A stretch of DNA of 64,000 bases, from positions 930,001-994,000 of the forward strand of contig MU008170.1 of assembly GCA_010909165.1 (NCBI GenBank), given 5' to 3'. Source of the stretch: Anthoceros angustus (taxonomy: Eukaryota > Plantae > Anthocerotophyta). Position 1 is the stretch's first letter. Every line of letters starts with the position of its first letter. Shown here piece by piece: positions 51,000-64,000 of this stretch. Both the position numbers and the translations under genes were made by a program. The notes beneath the pieces are model-generated. The model saw only the letters and a list, made by a program, of their open reading frames with translations. It did no database searches and was not told the origin of the DNA.

Positions 51000-52812
51000 A
51001 AGAAGGAGTGTCGCTTCCCTCAAAGCGATGTCGGAATGTAATCCAACATGGGTATGCTCACACACAGATGGCAATTTCAGCCAAAGTCGAAGAAATTTGA
51101 GTGGAGACTTCATTTACTTGCGATGTCAAGCAGAGATACCTTGACACCGCTAGCGACGCATCTTTGCAAGTGAAGGAGGTTAGACCTAATGGGGTACTCT
51201 TGCTGGGGTGATGGACGACGATCGACAACATGAAGAATTGTGCGGTCTATCACCTCCCAAACTGGACCCAACTATTGTTACGATTGGGTCCCTCCGCTTG
51301 ATTACCCATGCCAAGTATGTAGGCCTCCGGATGATACAGATGATGCCGTTTGTGATCACCGTGATGGTGGTTACCATGTGTTTTGCCTAAATCCACCACT
51401 AGTGAGGTCCGGATCACTATTGTACAAGAAAACCGGCTACAGGCATAAACCATCGAGGCTTCAGAGGGGGGGGCGGTGGAGAGGAAGAGGACTCATTTTT
51501 GCTACATGTTAGATGAGAGTTGGGACATACTGGACAGCCCCAATGTTGATGAGATAGCTAGGACATACTCGGGGCGATCCACAGCTGGTATACTCGGGGC
51601 GATCCACAGCTGGTATACTCGGGGCGATCCACAGCTGGTATACTGGGGCAGTCCCATGGCAACAAGTATACTCGGGGCGATCCACAGCTGGTATACTGGG
51701 ACAGTCCCAACTCTAGCTCTGATCAGTCCCAACTCTAGCTTCCCCCGCTACGCTTTAGTGGATATCTTCCATTGCTTATGATCATGAGATATCTACGTGT
51801 GGTCCTCGTCTAATCAAAGCAATGGGAGTAGGCAGAGACTTGGCCTCGAGAGCTTTGCAACTCGAGTTTCGGGGACCTCGGAGGCGTCTCTCAACAAGTG
51901 CAAGAGCACTTGTTTTTGGTCCCATGTTGGATTACATTCCCACATCTTTTCGAGCAAGCTTTCCCCATAAAAACAAGGAGATCCCTACATGTATATAGCG
52001 CCCAAGTCATATGGGGTCCCCAAAGCGACCTCCCACCACATGAGGCTCAACGTGCACACCTCACTTTTTGCACTGTCGGCAATAACCACAGAGCTTCCCT
52101 CCATAAAGATAGGGCTCAACTAAAGTTGGGGCCCCACAATGCCAAGCTCGCAGCCACAGTGCCCCACCACCTCGGCGCAAACTTTTGCTCCGCTTTCTTT
52201 TGGGTTTGTAGAAACCCTTCTAAATAACCTTAAGTGGGGCCCCTTAGACCGCCAACCTTGACCCTGGTGCCCCACCACCCCACCTTAAGTGGGGCCCCTT
52301 AGACCGCCAACCTCATATTCACGGTGCCCCAACACCCCGGTCGCTCTTCTCCTTGCTTTCCTTTTGGTTTATAACTTCCCTCAAGAAGGAGTGTCGCTTC
52401 CCTCAAAGCGATGTGTCGGAATGTAATCCAACATGGGTATGCTCACACAGATGGCAATTTCCAGCCAAAGTCGAAGAAATTTGGTGGAGACTTCATTTAC
52501 TTGCGATGTCAAGCAGAGATACCTTGACACCGCTAGCGACGCATCTTGCAAGTGAAGGAGGTTAGACCTAATGGGGTACTCTTGCTACGGTGATGGGCCT
52601 GACGATCGACAACATGAAGAATTGTGCGGTCTATCACCTCCCAAACTGGACCCAACTATTGTTACGATTGGGTCCCTCCGCTTGATTACCCATGCCAAGT
52701 ATGTAGGCCTCCGGATGATCTGAGCGATGCGTTTGTGATCAACAGATGGTGGTTACCATGTGTTTTGCCTAAATCCACCACTAGGCGGGTCCGGATCACT
52801 ATTGTACAAGAA
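51000..52812 (+). pseudogene. Integrase C-terminus/PHD remnants (array copies 5 and 6: 51000-51430, 52383-52812)
   Basis: DWVPPLDYPCQVCRPPDD..CDHRDGGYHVFCLNPPL in ORF 51240-51512 and related text in ORF 52624-52962. Confidence 0.78.
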
Positions 52813-55800
52813 AACCGGCTAGCGGGCATAAACCATCCAGGCTTCAGGGGAGGCGGGGCCCATGGCAACAAGTATACTCGGGACAGCCCCAACCTCGGCC
52901 ATACTTGGGGCGATCCACAGCTGGTATACTCGGGGCGTCATAGTCCCAACTCTAGCTTCTGATCCACAGTCCCACTCTGACTTTAGTCGGCCGATCAAAT
53001 CCGCAACAACAACTATACTTGGGATGGTCCCAGAGAGAACACTAAGGACAAGCAGTTAGGGATGGAGTGAGTGACCCTTCGGCCCAAGTGTTTGAGTGTC
53101 TTTGGCGGAATTGCTATGGTGCGTGAAGATGGTGCGATGGGATGGTTCTAGTGGCAATTTCACCTCTTTCTATGATAAGCTCGTCGGCACTCTAAAACTC
53201 CTACTCTTGTTGTGGTTAGAGGTAGCACAAGAGCTCCCACTAATTGTACATGTCGTGTTGTGACCAATGTCAAGGGACAAACTATAGGAGGAAGGGGGTA
53301 ATCTATGCACTCAAGAGAAAGACAGAGGAAGAGCCAAAGCACGACTTCCACCCCAACTACGTAGAGATACTAAGGAGAAGAAGTTGGGACGGAAGGTCCT
53401 TGTTCTTTGATGACACCAACTCAAGATCGACACCTTGTAGCATCAGAAATGATCACCCGCTAACAACACACAATAGTCGATTCTGTTTTAAACTAAGCGG
53501 ACACTTGAATGCTGTAGGAGTCTAAGACTCCAAGCATCTCCTTTGAATAAGTCATGTTTTACCTTAGGGAGGGCTTTAGTAAGCAGGTCAGCTGCATTAG
53601 ATCCCGTAGGGATGTATTCAAGACAGATCTGACTTAAAGAAACTGCATCTCGGATGAAATGGTAATGAATCTCGATGTCCTTGGTACGTGCACCCGGGAC
53701 TCATGGCGCACGCGATTGTTGCGTCCCGAGATTGTCGTGTACGTGTCGGGAGTGTCCTCTCCCAAGACTCCTGATGCCCGCGAGTGGAACGATAACTTAA
53801 GAAGGTTCCACATAACGTATAGAAAATATGGTATATGGATTATATAAAATGGGTCGGTTACATAGGACTTTGAGCCTCCTTTGGCTTTGGCTTCTATGGA
53901 TTGAGTATTTGAACTAAGTTTTCTAGCTAGTGACCATGAAGCAGCTTCATGTCATCGTAATGACTTCGTCCGTCGTACCATATGGTGATGGTATGTGAGT
54001 CATTCTTGCACCTTCACCAGGCTCATACCGCCAGGCATGACACCGCGCATGTGTGTCGCACCTTCGGACCGAAGCCGTCGTCAATGCTCCGCACTTGGGC
54101 ACCACCGCAACAGCACACTCCGACACTTCAGCCCGGCGACAACCTCACCGATGAAAACACGAGGCACGCATGGAAGCTAACCCCTCACCATCCCTCCCTT
54201 CACAATTGTCGAAACCGGATCCTCTATATGAGAGCGCGCCTCACGAACCGAGCCAAGGCGAGTCGCTTGCGCTTTCATCCACTAAAGTTGAGTATAAGGC
54301 CACAGCGCATGGAAGGAGTTAGAGTGGGAAAGGCAACTTTTGGAATGAATCCACTTACCTCAAAGTGCTCCCACTAAGCTTCTATGTGAAAGCATGTAGG
54401 CTATTGCCCTTTTTCCAATCCTTGGTTTCATGCAAGAACCAAGCACATTGAGCTAAACCACCATTATATCCATGGCGTCATGAAAGGGGCATTGTGAAAG
54501 TGGAATACATTAGTCTTGATGAGAATCACTAATATTTTTACAAAGGGGCACAAAGCCAAAGCATTTCAAGCATATGGCTGCCCTTGGGCTCGGAGTGTTC
54601 ACTCTCTTTCTATGATAAGCTCGTCGGCACTCTAAAACTCCTCCTCTTGTTGTGGTTAGAGGTAGCACAAGAGCTCCCACTAATTGTCGTACAATGTCGT
54701 GTGTGACCAATGTCAAGGGACAAACTATAGGAGGAAGAGGGGTAATCTATGCACTCAAGAGAAAGACAGAGGAAGAGCCAAAGCACGACTTCCACCCCAA
54801 CTACGTAGAGATACTAAGGAGAAGAAGTTGGGACGGAAGGTCCTTGTTCTTTGATGACACCAACTCAAGATCGACACCTAGCACCTTGTAGAAATGATCA
54901 CCCGCTAACAACACACAATAGTCGATTCTGTTTTAAACTAAGCGAGACACTTGAATCTTGTAGGAGTCTAAGACTCAAGCATCTCCTTTGAATAAGTCAT
55001 GTTTTTACCTTAGGGAGGGCTTTAGTAAGCGGTCATGCATTAGATCCCGTGGGGATGTATGTATTCGACTTAAAGCGCATCTCGGATGAAATGGTAATGA
55101 ATCTCGATGTCCTTGACGTGCACCGGGACTCATGGCGCCGCGATTGTTGCGTCCGAGATTGTCGTGTATGCGTGTCGGGAGTGTCCTCTCCCAAGACTCG
55201 ATGCCCGCGAGTGGAGCGATAACTTAAGAAGGTTCCACATAGCGTATAAAAATATGGTATATGGATTATATAAAATGGGTGAGGACTTTGAGCCTCCTTT
55301 GGCTTTTGGCTTCTATGGATTGAGTATTTGAACTAAGTTTTCTAGCTAGTGACCATGAAGCGACTTCATGTCATCGTAATGACTTCGTCCGTCGTACCAT
55401 ATGGTGATGGTATGTGAGTCATTCTTGCACCTTCACCAGCTCATACCTGCCAGGCATGACACGCACTGTGTCGCACCTTCCACGTCGATGTCAAGCGGCC
55501 GTCCAATGCTCTTGGGCACCACCAGCGCAACAGCACACTCCGACACGGCGACAACCTCACCGATGAAAACACGAGGCACGCATGGAAGCTAACCCCTCAC
55601 CATCCCTCCCTTCACAATTGTCGGCAAACCGGATCCTCTATATGAGAGCGCCTCACGAACCGAGCCAAGAAGCGATCGCTTGCGCTTTCATCCACTAAAG
55701 TTGAGTATAAGGCCACATGGAAGGAGTTAGAGTGGGAAAGGCAACTTTTGGAATGAATCCACTTACCTCAAAGTGCTCCCACTAAGCTTCTATGTGAAAG

Positions 55801-56209
55801 CATGTAGGCTATTGCCCTTTTTCCAATCCTTGGTTTCATGCAAGAACCAAGCACATTGAGCTAAACCACCATTATATCCATGGCGTCATGAAAGGGGCAT
55901 TGTGAAAGTGGAATACATTAGTCTTGATGAGAATCACTAATATTTTTACAAAGGGGCACAAAGCCAAAGCATTTCAAGCATATGGCTGCCCTTGGGCTCG
56001 AGTGTTCACTCGCCCTATGTATCGAGTTGATATCTACCTTGTTGTCGTGGCGGGCTGTTGATTCTTATTGCCTCTAGGGCTCTGGAGCTGCTCCGCCTTC
56101 TTCTGCTCAAAATGACGTATTCATCGAGGGTAGTCTCAAGGATGAAGCTACACTATGAAATCTAGGCGTGAGAGGTATCGGACATATGGGTCATGTTTTA
56201 GGAGGTCAT

Positions 56210-59200
56210 ATCTTTTCTTTTCTTTTGTGATTTCTTGGTTGGGTTGTGGTGAAGGTTCTAGTTGTTTTCGCTTTCTTTTGTGAGGATTTTGGTTTGTTTT
56301 GTTTCTAGCCGTTCTTTGGGACGTTTTTCCTCTTTTGTTTTTGTTTTCCTTTGTTATTTTTGGGTTGGGTTGTAGTTGAAGGTTCCGGTCTCTTTTCGGA
56401 TAATTTTGAGGGTTTTTGGTTGTTTTGTCTCTAGTTTCTTATTTTGGGAGGTTATCAATGCTATTTTCCAATTTTTGGGTTGCGTTGTAGCTTTAGGTTC
56501 CAATCTCTTTTCAGATTTTTGTGAGGGCTTTTTGGTTCTCTTGTTTCTAGCTTCTTTAGGTTCCAATCTCTTTTCGGATTTTCGTGAGGGCTTTTTGGTT
56601 CTCTTGTTTCTAGATTCTTTAGGTTCCAATTTCTCTTTTGTGAGGGCTTTTGGTTCTCTTGTTTCTAGCTTTTTGGGAGGTTATTTCCTCTTTTGTTTAT
56701 CTTTTCCTTTGTTATTTTTGGGTTGGGTTGTAGTTGAAGGTTCTCTTTTGATTTTGTGAGGGCTTTTGGTTGTTTTGTCTTTAGCTTCTTATTTTGGGAG
56801 GTTATCATTGTTATTTTTATTTTGGGTTGTAGCTAAAGGTTCCAATCTCTTTTCGGATTTTGTGAGGATTTTGTGAGGGCTTTTGGTTCTCTTGTTTCTT
56901 GCTTTTTTGTGAGGTTATTTTTGTTATTGTTTTCCTTTTGGGTTGGATTGTAGTGAAGGGTCCAATCTCTTTTCGATTTTGTGAGGGCTTTTGGTTCTCT
57001 TGTATCTAGCTTCTTTAGGTTCCAATCTCTTTTCGGATTTTGTGAGGGCTTTTGGTTCTCTTGTTTCTAGATTCTTTAGGTTCCAATTTCTTATTTTTGT
57101 GAGGGCTTTTGGTTCTCTTTTGATTTTGTGAGGGCTTTTGGTTGTTTTGTCTTTAGCTTCTTATTTTGGGAGGTTATCATTGTTATTTTTTATTTTGGGT
57201 TGTAGCTAAAGGTTCCAATCTCTTTTCGGATTTTGTGAGGATTTTGTGAGGGCTTTTGGTTCTCTTGTTTCTTGCTTTTTTGTGAGGTTATTTTGTTATT
57301 GTTTTCCTTTTGGGTTGGATTGTAGTTGAAGGTCCAATCTCTTTTCGATTTTGTGAGGGCTTTTGGTTCTCTTGTATCTAGCTTCTTTAGGTTCCAATCT
57401 CTTTTCGGATTTTGTGAGGGCTTTTGGTTCTCTTGTTTCTAGCTTTAAGTTCCAATCTCTTTTCGGATTTTGTGAGGGCTTTTGGTTCTCTTGTTTCTAG
57501 CTTCTTTAGGTTCCAATCTCTTTTCGGATTTTGTGAGGGCTTTTGGTTCTCTTGTTTCTAGCTTCTTATTTTGGGATGTTATCATTGTTATTTTTTATTT
57601 TTTGGTTGGGTTGTAGCTAAAGGTTCCAATCGGTCTTTAGATTTTGTGAGGTTTTTGATTGTTTTGTTTCTAGCTTCTTTTGGGAGGTTATTTTGTTATT
57701 GTTTTCCTTTTGGGTTGGATTGTGGTGAAGGTTCCAGTCACTTTTGGATTTTTGAGGGCCTTGGTTCTAGTGTCTCTTTTGGGAGGTTATTTATTTTTGC
57801 TTTCTTTTGTGATCTTTTGGTTGTTAGTGGATATCTTCCATTGCTTATGATCATGAGATATCTACGTGTGGTCCTACGTCTAATCAAAGCAATGGGAGTA
57901 GGCGAGACTTGGCCTCGAGAGCTTTGCAACTCTCGAGTTTCGGGACCGCCTCGGGGCGTCTCTCAACAAGTGCAAGAGCACTTGTTTTTGGTCCCATGTT
58001 GGATTACATTCCACACATCTTTTCGAGCAAGCTTTCCCCATAAAAACAAGGAGATCCCTACATGTATATAGCGCCCAAGTCATATGGGGTCCCCAAAGCC
58101 GACCTCCCACCACATGAGGCTCAACGTGCACCACCTCACTTTTTGCACGGCAATAACCACGAGCTTCCCTCCATAAAGATAGGGCTCAACTAAAGTTGGG
58201 GCCCCAAAATGCCAAGCTCGCAGCCACTGGTGCCCCACCACCCCTCGGCGCAAACTTTTGCTCCGCTTTCTTTTGTGAGGATTTTTGGTTTGTTTTGTTT
58301 CTAACCGTTCTTTGGGACGTTTTTCCTCTTGTTTTGTTTTCCTTTGTTATTTTGGGTTGGGTTGTAGTTGAAGGTTCGGTCTCTTTTTGGATAATTTTGA
58401 GGTTTTTGGTTGTTTTGTCTCTAGTTTCTTATTTTGGGAGGTTATCAATGCTATTTTCCAATTTTGGGTTGGGTTGTAGCTTTAGGTTCCAATCTCTTTT
58501 CAGATTTTGTGAGGGCTTTTGGTTCTCTTGTTTCTAGCTTCTTTAGGTTCCAATCTCTTTTCGGATTTTTGTGAGGGCTTTTGGTTCTCTTGTTTCTAGA
58601 TTCTTTAGGTTCCAATTTCTTATCGGATTTTGTGAGGGCTTTTGGTTCTCTTGTTTCTAACCGTTTTTGGGAGGTTATTTCCTCTTTGTTTATCTTTTCC
58701 TTTGTTATTTTGGGTTGGGTTGTAGCTGAAGGTTCGAGTCTCTTTTGATTTTGTGAGGGCTTTTGGTTGTTTTGTCTTTAGCTTCTTATTTTGGGAGGTT
58801 ATCATTGTTATTTTTTATTTTGGGTTGGGTTGTAGCTAAAGGTTCCAATCTCTTTTCGGATGTTTGTGGGGCTTTTGGTTCTCTTGTTTCTTGCTTTTTT
58901 TGTGAGGTTATTTTGTTATTGTTTTCCTTTTGGGTTGGATTGTAGTTGAAGGTCCAATCTCTTTTGATTTTGTGAGGGCTTTTGGTTCTCTTGTATCTAG
59001 CTTCTTTAGGTTCCAATCTCTTTTCGGATTTTGTGAGGGCTTTTGGTTCTCTTGTTTCTAGCTTTAAGTTCCAATCTCTTTTTATTTTTGTGAGGGCTTT
59101 TGGTTCTCTTGTTTCTAGCTTCTTTAGGTTCCAATCTCTTTTTGGATTTTTGAGGGCTTTTGGTTCTCTTGTTTCTAGCTTCTTATTTTGGGAGGTTATC

Positions 59201-59438
59201 ATTGTTATTTTTTTTTGGTTGGGTTGTGAAGGTTCCAATCGGTCTTTAGATTTTGTGAGGTTTTTGATTGTTTTGTTTCTAGCTTCTTTTGGGAGGTTAT
59301 TTTGTTATTGTTTTCCTTTTGGGTTGGATTGTAGCTGAAGGTTCCATCACTTTTGGATTTTTGAGGGCCTTGTTTTTGGTTCTAGTGTCTCTTTTGGGAG
59401 GTTATTTTTGCTTTTCTTTTGTGATCTTTTGGTTGTTA
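56210..59438. repeat. T/G-rich satellite blocks (56210-57825, 58265-59438) around a duplicated RT-like module
   Basis: Same ~60-bp core and variants. Confidence 0.9.
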
Positions 59439-60119
59439 GTGGATATCTTCCATTGCTTATGATCATGAGATATCTACGTGTGGTCCTCGTCTAATCAAAG
59501 CAATGGGAGTAGGCGAGACTTGGCCTCGAGAGCTTTGCAACTCGAGTTTCGGGACCGCCTCGGGGCGTCTCTCAACAAGTGCAAGAGCACTTGTTTTTGT
59601 CCCATGTTGGATTACATTCCACACATCTTTTCGAGCAAGCTTTCCCCATAAAAACAAGGAGATCCCTACATGTATATAGCGCCCAAGTCATATGGGGTCC
59701 CCAAAGCGCCGACCTCCCACCACATGAGGCTCAGCGTGCACCACCTCACTTTTGCTGTCGGCAATAACCACGAGCTTCCCTCCATAAAGATAGGGCTCAA
59801 CTAAAGTTGGGGCCCCCACTCAAGCTCGCAGCCACAGTGCCCCACCACCTCGGCGCAAACTTTTGCTCCGCTTTCTTTTGGTTGTAGAAACCCTTCTAAA
59901 TAGCACGCTTAAGTCGGGGCCCCTTAGACCGCCAACCTTGACCCTTGGTGCCCCACCACCCCAGAGCAAACCCTCGCCAACCTCATATTCCTCCACATGT
60001 ATAGCGCCCACCTTAAGTCAAGGCCCCTCGCCAACCTCATATTCACTGGTGCCCCACCACCTCGGCGCAAACTTTTGCTCCGCTTTCTTTGTTTTCCTTT
60101 TGGTTTATCACTTCCCTCA

Positions 60120-60550
60120 AGAAGGAGTGTCGCTTCCCTCAAAGCGATGTGAATGTAATCCAACATGGGTATGCTCACACACGGAATGGCAATTTCAGCC
60201 AAAGTCGAAGAAATTTGGTGGAGACTTCATTTACTTGCGATGTCAAGCAGAGATACCTTGACACCGCTAGCGCGCATCTTTGCAAGTGAAGGAGGTTAGA
60301 CCTAATGGGGTACTCTTGCTGTGGGGTGATGGACGCGACGATCGACAACATGAAGAATTGTGCGGTCTATCACCTCCCAAACTGGACCCAACTATTGTTA
60401 CCGATTGGGTCCCTCCGCTTGATTACCCATGCCAAGTATGTAGGCCTCCGGATGATACAGGTGATGCCGTTTGTGATCACGTGATGGTGGTTACCATGTG
60501 TTTTGCCTAAATCCACCACTAGTTGAGGTCCGGATCACTATTGTACAAGA
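60120..60550 (+). pseudogene. Integrase C-terminus/PHD remnant (array copy 7)
   Basis: QVKEVRPNGVLLL..DWVPPLDYPCQVCRPPDD. Confidence 0.78.
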
Positions 60551-60649
60551 AAACCAGCTACAGGCATAAACCATCCGAGGCTTCAGCGGGGAGGCGGGGT
60601 GGAGAGGCAGAGGACTCATTTTTGCTACATGTTAGATGAGAGTTGGGAC

Positions 60650-60870
60650 ATACTGGACAGCCCCAATGTTCGATGAGATAGCTAGGACATACTGGGGCAG
60701 TCCAGCTCCGGCTATACTCGGGGCAGTCCAGCTCCGGCTATACTCGGGGCAGTCCAGCTCCGGCTATACTCGGAGTCCCATGGCAACAAGTATACTCGGA
60801 CAGCCCCAACCTCGGCCATACTTGGGATGGTCCCAGTAGAGAACACTCGGGGCAGTCATAGTCCCAACTC
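60650..60870. repeat. Modular 25-40-bp repeats anchored on ATACTCGG(GG) (array module)
   Basis: ggggcagtccagctccggctatactc three times, mixed with gttcgatgagatagctaggacatactcgg and cccatggcaacaagtatact units. Confidence 0.85.
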
Positions 60871-61614
60871 TAGCTGATCAACACGATCCCCCTGACTTTA
60901 GTCGGGGATCACCGTGAACAACTATACTTGGGATGGTCCCAGTAGAGAACACTAAGGACAAGCGATTAGGGATGGAGTGAGTGACCCTTTCGGCCGAAGT
61001 GTTTGAGTGTCTTTGGCTGGAATTGCTATGGTGCGTGAAGAGTGCAGATGGGATGGTTCTAGTGGCAATTTCACCTCTTTCTATGATAAGCTCGTCGGCA
61101 CTCTAAAACTCCTACTCTTGTTGTGGTTAGAGGTAGCAAGAGCTCCCACTAATTAACATGTCGTGTTGTGACCAATGTCAAGGGACAAACTATAGGAGGA
61201 AGCGGGGTAATCTATGCTCAAGAGAAAGACACGAGGAAGAGCCAAAGCACGACTTCCACCCCAACTACGTAGAGATACTAAGGAGAAGAAGTTGGGACGA
61301 AGGTCCTTGTTCTTTGATGACACCAACTCAAGATCGACACCTTGTAGCACAGAAATGATCACCCCGCTAACAACACACAATAGTCGATTCTGTTTTAAAC
61401 TAAGCGAGACACTTGAATCTGTAGGAGTCTAAGACTCAAGCATCTCCTTTGAATAAGTCATGTTTTTACCTTAGGGAGGGCTTTAGTAAGCGGTCGCATT
61501 AGATCCGTGGGGATGTATTCAAGACGATCGACTTAAAGCGCATCTCGGATGAAATGGTAATGAATCTCGATGTCCTTGATACGTGCACCGGGACTCATGG
61601 CGCCGCGATTGTTG

Positions 61615-62072
61615 GAGTGTCGCTTCCCTCAAAACGATGTGTCGGAATGTAATCCAACATGGGTATGCTCACACACGGAATGGCAATTTCCAGCCAAAGT
61701 CGAAGAAATTTCAGGGTGGAGACTTCATTTACTTGCAGTGTCAAACAGGAGATACCTTCGACACCGCTAGCAGCCGACGCATGCTGCAAGTGAAGGAGGT
61801 TAGACCTAATGGGGGTACTCTTGCTACAGGGGGCTGATGGACGCACGACGATCGACAACATGAAGAATTGTGCGGTCTATCACCTCCCAAACCTGGACCC
61901 AACTATTGTTACCAGCGATTGGGTCCCTCCGCTTGATTACCCATGCCAAGTATGTAGGCCTCCGGATGATACAGAGCTGATGCCGTTTTGTGATCACTGT
62001 GATGGTGGTTACCATGTGTTTTGCCTAAATCCACCACTAGTTGAGGTCCCGGATCACTATTGTACAAGAAAA
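61615..62072 (+). pseudogene. Integrase C-terminus/PHD remnant, best-preserved array copy (copy 8)
   Basis: ORF 61809-62201: GVLLLQGADGRTTIDNMKNCAVYHLPNLDP..PCQVC..CDHC..GYHVFCLNPPLVEVPDHYC; PHD at 61944-62063. Confidence 0.85.
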
Positions 62073-64000
62073 CCAGCTACAACGGGCATAAACCATCCGA
62101 GGCTTCAGCGGGGAGGCGGGGTGGAGAGGAAGAGGACTCATTTTTGCTACATGTTAGATGAGATAGCTAGGACATACTCGGACAGCCCCAATGTTCGATG
62201 AGATAGCTAGGACATACTCGGGGCAGTCCCATGGCAACAAGTATACTGGGGCAGTCCAGCTCCGGCTATACTCGGGGCAGTCCAGCTCCGGCTATACTCG
62301 GGGCAGTCCCATGGCAACAAGTATACTGGACAGCCCCAATGTTCGATGAGATAGCTAGGACATACTCGGGGCAGTCCCATGGCAACAAGTATACTGGGGC
62401 AGTCATAGTCCCAACTCTAGCTTCTTTAGGTTCCAATCTCTTTTGGGTTTGTAGAAATGATCACCGTCAGAACAACTATACTTGGGATGGTCCCAGTAGA
62501 GAACACTCGGACACCGGTTAGGGATGGAGTGAGTGACCCTTCGGCCAAGTGTTTGAGTGTCTTTGGCTGGAATTGCTATGGTGCGTGAAGAGTGGTACAG
62601 ATGGGATGGTTCTAGTGGCAATTTCACCTCTTTCTATGATAAGCTCGTCGTCACTCTAAAAACTCCTACGCTCCCACTAATTGTCTGTACGTGTTGTGAC
62701 CAATGTCAAGGGACAAACTATAGGAGGAAGTAGGGGTAATCTATGCTACTGAAGAGAAAGACACTGAGGAAGAGCCAAAGCACGACTTCCACCCCAACTA
62801 CGTAGAGATACTAAGGAGAAGAAGTTGGGACAGAAGGTCCTTGTTCTTTGATGACACCAACTCAAGATCTGACACCTTGTAGCACTGTAGAAATGATCAC
62901 CCTGCTAACAACACACAATAGTCAGTTCTGTTTTAAACTAAGCAGACACTTGAATGCTGTAGGAGTCTAAGACTCCAAGCATCTCCTTTGAATAAGTCAT
63001 GTTTTTACCTTAGGGAGGGCTTTAGTAAGCGGTCGCATTAGATCCGTGGGGATGTATTCAAGACGATCGACTTAAAGCGCATCTCGGATGAAATGGTAAT
63101 GAATCTCGATGTCCTTGATACGTGCACCGGGACTCATGGCGCCGCGATTGTTGCGTCCGAGATTGTCGTGTATGCGTGTCGGGAGTGTCCTCTCCCAAGA
63201 CTCGATGCCGCGAGTGGAGCGATAACTTAAGAAGGTTCCACATAACGTATAAAAATATGGTATATGGATTATATAAAAATATGGTATATGGATTATATAA
63301 AATGGGTTACATAGGACTTTGAGCCTCCTTTGGCTTTGGCTTCTATGGATTGAGTATTTGAACTAAGTTTTCTAGCTAGTGACCATGAAGCGACTTCATG
63401 TCATCGTAATGACTTCGTCCGTCGTACCATATGGTGATGGTATGTGAGTCATTCTTGCACCTTCACCAGCTCATACCTCGCCAGGGCATGACACCGCCGC
63501 ACCTGTGTCGCACCTTCCACGTCGATACCGCTACCGTCCAATGCTCCGCACTTGGGCACCACCAACACCTGCGGCACACTCGACACTTCAGACAACCTCA
63601 CCGATGAAAACACGAGGCACGCATGGAAAGCTAACCCCTCACCATCCCTCCCTTCACAATTGTCCTGTGCAAACCCGGATCCTCTATATGAGAGGCGCCT
63701 CACGAACCGAGCCAAGAAGGACTTGCGCTTTCATCCACTAAAGTTGAGTATAAGGCCACAGGTGACGCATGGAAGGAGTTAGAGTGGGAAAGGCAACTTT
63801 TGGAATGAATCCACTTACCTCAAAGTGCTCCCACTAAGCTTCTATGTGAAAGCATGTAGGCTATTGCCCTTTTTCCAATCCTTGGTTTCATGCAAGAACC
63901 AAGCACATTGAGCTAAACCACCATTATATCCATGGCGTGAAAGGGGCATTGTGAAAGTGGAATACATTAGTCTTGATGAGAATCATTAATATTTTTACAA

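Larger units (their letters stand above)
19692..64000. repeat. Composite tandem macrosatellite, ~5.0-kb basic unit, about 7 units with internal expansions, running off the window end
   Basis: Marker gaaatctaggcgtgagaggtatcggac at 21075, 26111, 31564, 39396, 47342 and 56157; module order largely conserved between units. Confidence 0.95.

Noticed and set aside
21125-59438. Many Phe/Leu/Val-rich (plus) and Lys/Arg/Asn-rich (minus) ORFs that look like membrane or repetitive proteins
   Set aside because: They are translations of the T/G-rich satellite; frames shift from unit to unit.
60650-62420. CRISPR-like appearance of short anchored repeats with variable inserts
   Set aside because: The anchor is only ~8 bp, inserts recur rather than being unique spacers, no cas genes are present, and the context is eukaryotic.

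Overview
Eukaryotic, plant-type heterochromatic DNA with no intact host gene, no RNA gene and no CRISPR. 1-19.3 kb: the 3' part of a Ty3/gypsy LTR retrotransposon (RNase H, integrase, and a C4HC3 PHD finger at the integrase C-terminus where chromoviruses have a chromodomain), followed by a ~255-codon ORF I do not recognise. Two complete Ty1/copia elements interrupt this stretch: 1445-8979 (minus strand, TSD CAAAT) and 11842-18182 (plus strand, TSD AATGT). Removing either one restores the interrupted reading frame. 19.7-64 kb: a tandem macrosatellite with a ~5.0 kb basic unit (observed periods 5.0-8.8 kb). The unit combines a T/G-rich ~60-bp satellite, a possible non-LTR RT remnant, a second integrase-PHD remnant, short modular repeats and two oppositely oriented copia RNase H remnants. 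Frameshifts are pervasive even in an element whose LTRs differ at one base, and many differences between copies fall at CAG/CTG sites. This suggests a noisy long-read consensus, so indels, local duplications and copy numbers are provisional. All coordinates were read by eye and fuzzy boundaries may be off by tens of bases.
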